Positions 47,476 through 48,260 of a stretch of 48,260 nt of DNA are shown here, piece by piece. The notes under the pieces were generated by a model. The model was not told the origin of the DNA, made no database searches, and worked only from the letters and a program-made list of their open reading frames with translations. Positions within the stretch are counted from its first letter, which is position 1; every line of letters begins with the position of its first letter. The DNA is from Candidatus Latescibacterota bacterium (GTDB taxonomy: Bacteria > Latescibacterota > UBA2968 > UBA8231): assembly GCA_965205655.1 (NCBI GenBank), contig CBDBIJ010000127.1:1-48260 (forward strand). The letters are read 5' to 3'. The translations under genes and the position numbers were made by a program.

Positions 47476-48260
47476 GTTCATTGACAGCAGATGGTTTGCC
47501 AAGAGCCACGGAGTCGCTCTGCGAGTCAATCCACCGACAAAAAGCCGATATGGTGTTTGTCCCGGAAAGACCCTGGGAAGGCACGATATCTCCCTATTCA
47601 AACATCGTTGAGCACGAGGGCATCTACAAAATGTGGTATCTCGCGCATCGCGTGGATGCGAGCAACAAAAAACCCGGAGACGCAGTCTGCACCTGCTATG
47701 CGGAAAGCACCAATGGGATAGACTGGGAGCGGCCGAACCTTGGCTTGTTTTCTTTCGAGGGCGTTGCAGACACCAACATAGTCATGCCGGGTGCCAGTCC
47801 TTTCGTCATGATCGATCCCAATGGTCCGGATGAACACCGGTACAAGTCACTATCGTCGGTGAAAGAAACGGATCGGTGGTCACAGACAGAAGGATGCATA
47901 GGGAGCGCGTACGCGTATCTGGAAAGCGAAAAACGCTGGGTAGAGAAAACCAGAGAAGAAGGGGGAAGAGGATACAAAGAAGCTCTACCTGTGTACCAGT
48001 GCCGATGGCCTGCGTTGGAACGTCCATCATCCGGGTGCCCTGCCGTTCTACCACGATTCTCACAATCAGGTGGGATACGATACCAGGCTGCGGAAATACG
48101 TTGCTTATGTGCGCTGGCACCAGAAGGGGCGTGCCGTATCGAGAACGGAATTCGACGATCCCATAGTGCTACCTTGGCCATTCAGGGACAACCCGAAAGC
48201 AGAGCGAGGACCTGGGAACTCGAGGGCACGAGTAGGGGATGAGATGCAGGTCGTGCTGGA

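Larger units (their letters stand above)
45999..48260 (+). pseudogene. beta-propeller glycoside hydrolase-like gene interrupted by IS256 copy 2 (runs off the window)
   Basis: MVEPIALTNRKQLFI|DSRWF rejoins across the GTTCATTG duplication; YKMWY, CYAESTNGIDW, TSADGLRW Asp-box motifs; extra one-base shifts at ~47540 and ~47978. Confidence 0.7.

Noticed and set aside
1..48260. CRISPR array or cas genes
   Set aside because: No short repeats with unique spacers and no Cas motifs seen; the repeats present are coding (FN3) or IS-related

Overview
High-GC bacterial chromosome segment. Its type IX secretion (T9SS) genes, housekeeping genes and domain architectures point to a deep-branching FCB-superphylum lineage such as Latescibacterota (inference). 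Housekeeping genes: 5' end of ftsH, tilS, lexA, glycerate 2-kinase, era, purD, folB, folK, rpmB, Trm112-like, tRNA-Leu(GAG), secG, tpiA, pgk, comF, an M16 peptidase and tRNA-Met. The main feature is a ~15 kb minus-strand T9SS cluster: porU, porV, an M6-like/FG-GAP/CTD protein, a peptidase-MA/PD40/Omp85 fusion, two paralogous S-x-x-x-P-G-x-G membrane proteins and an M30-like CTD protease. In it, the PorU catalytic Cys position reads Ser and the M6-like HExxH zinc motif is lost, suggesting a non-canonical T9SS attachment module. Other points: a 1172-aa FN3 lipoprotein with near-identical internal duplications; a candidate LexA box and a perfect 26-bp palindrome at lexA; a sigma54/IHF/UAS promoter in front of an unknown gene; an unannotated 54-aa ORF with a sigma28-like promoter and terminator; an IS630 splitting a membrane-protein gene; and an IS cluster after tRNA-Met (two IS256, IS30, an IS110 remnant with a structured leader). 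Many one-base frameshifts from ~31 kb onward look like long-read indel errors rather than true pseudogenes.
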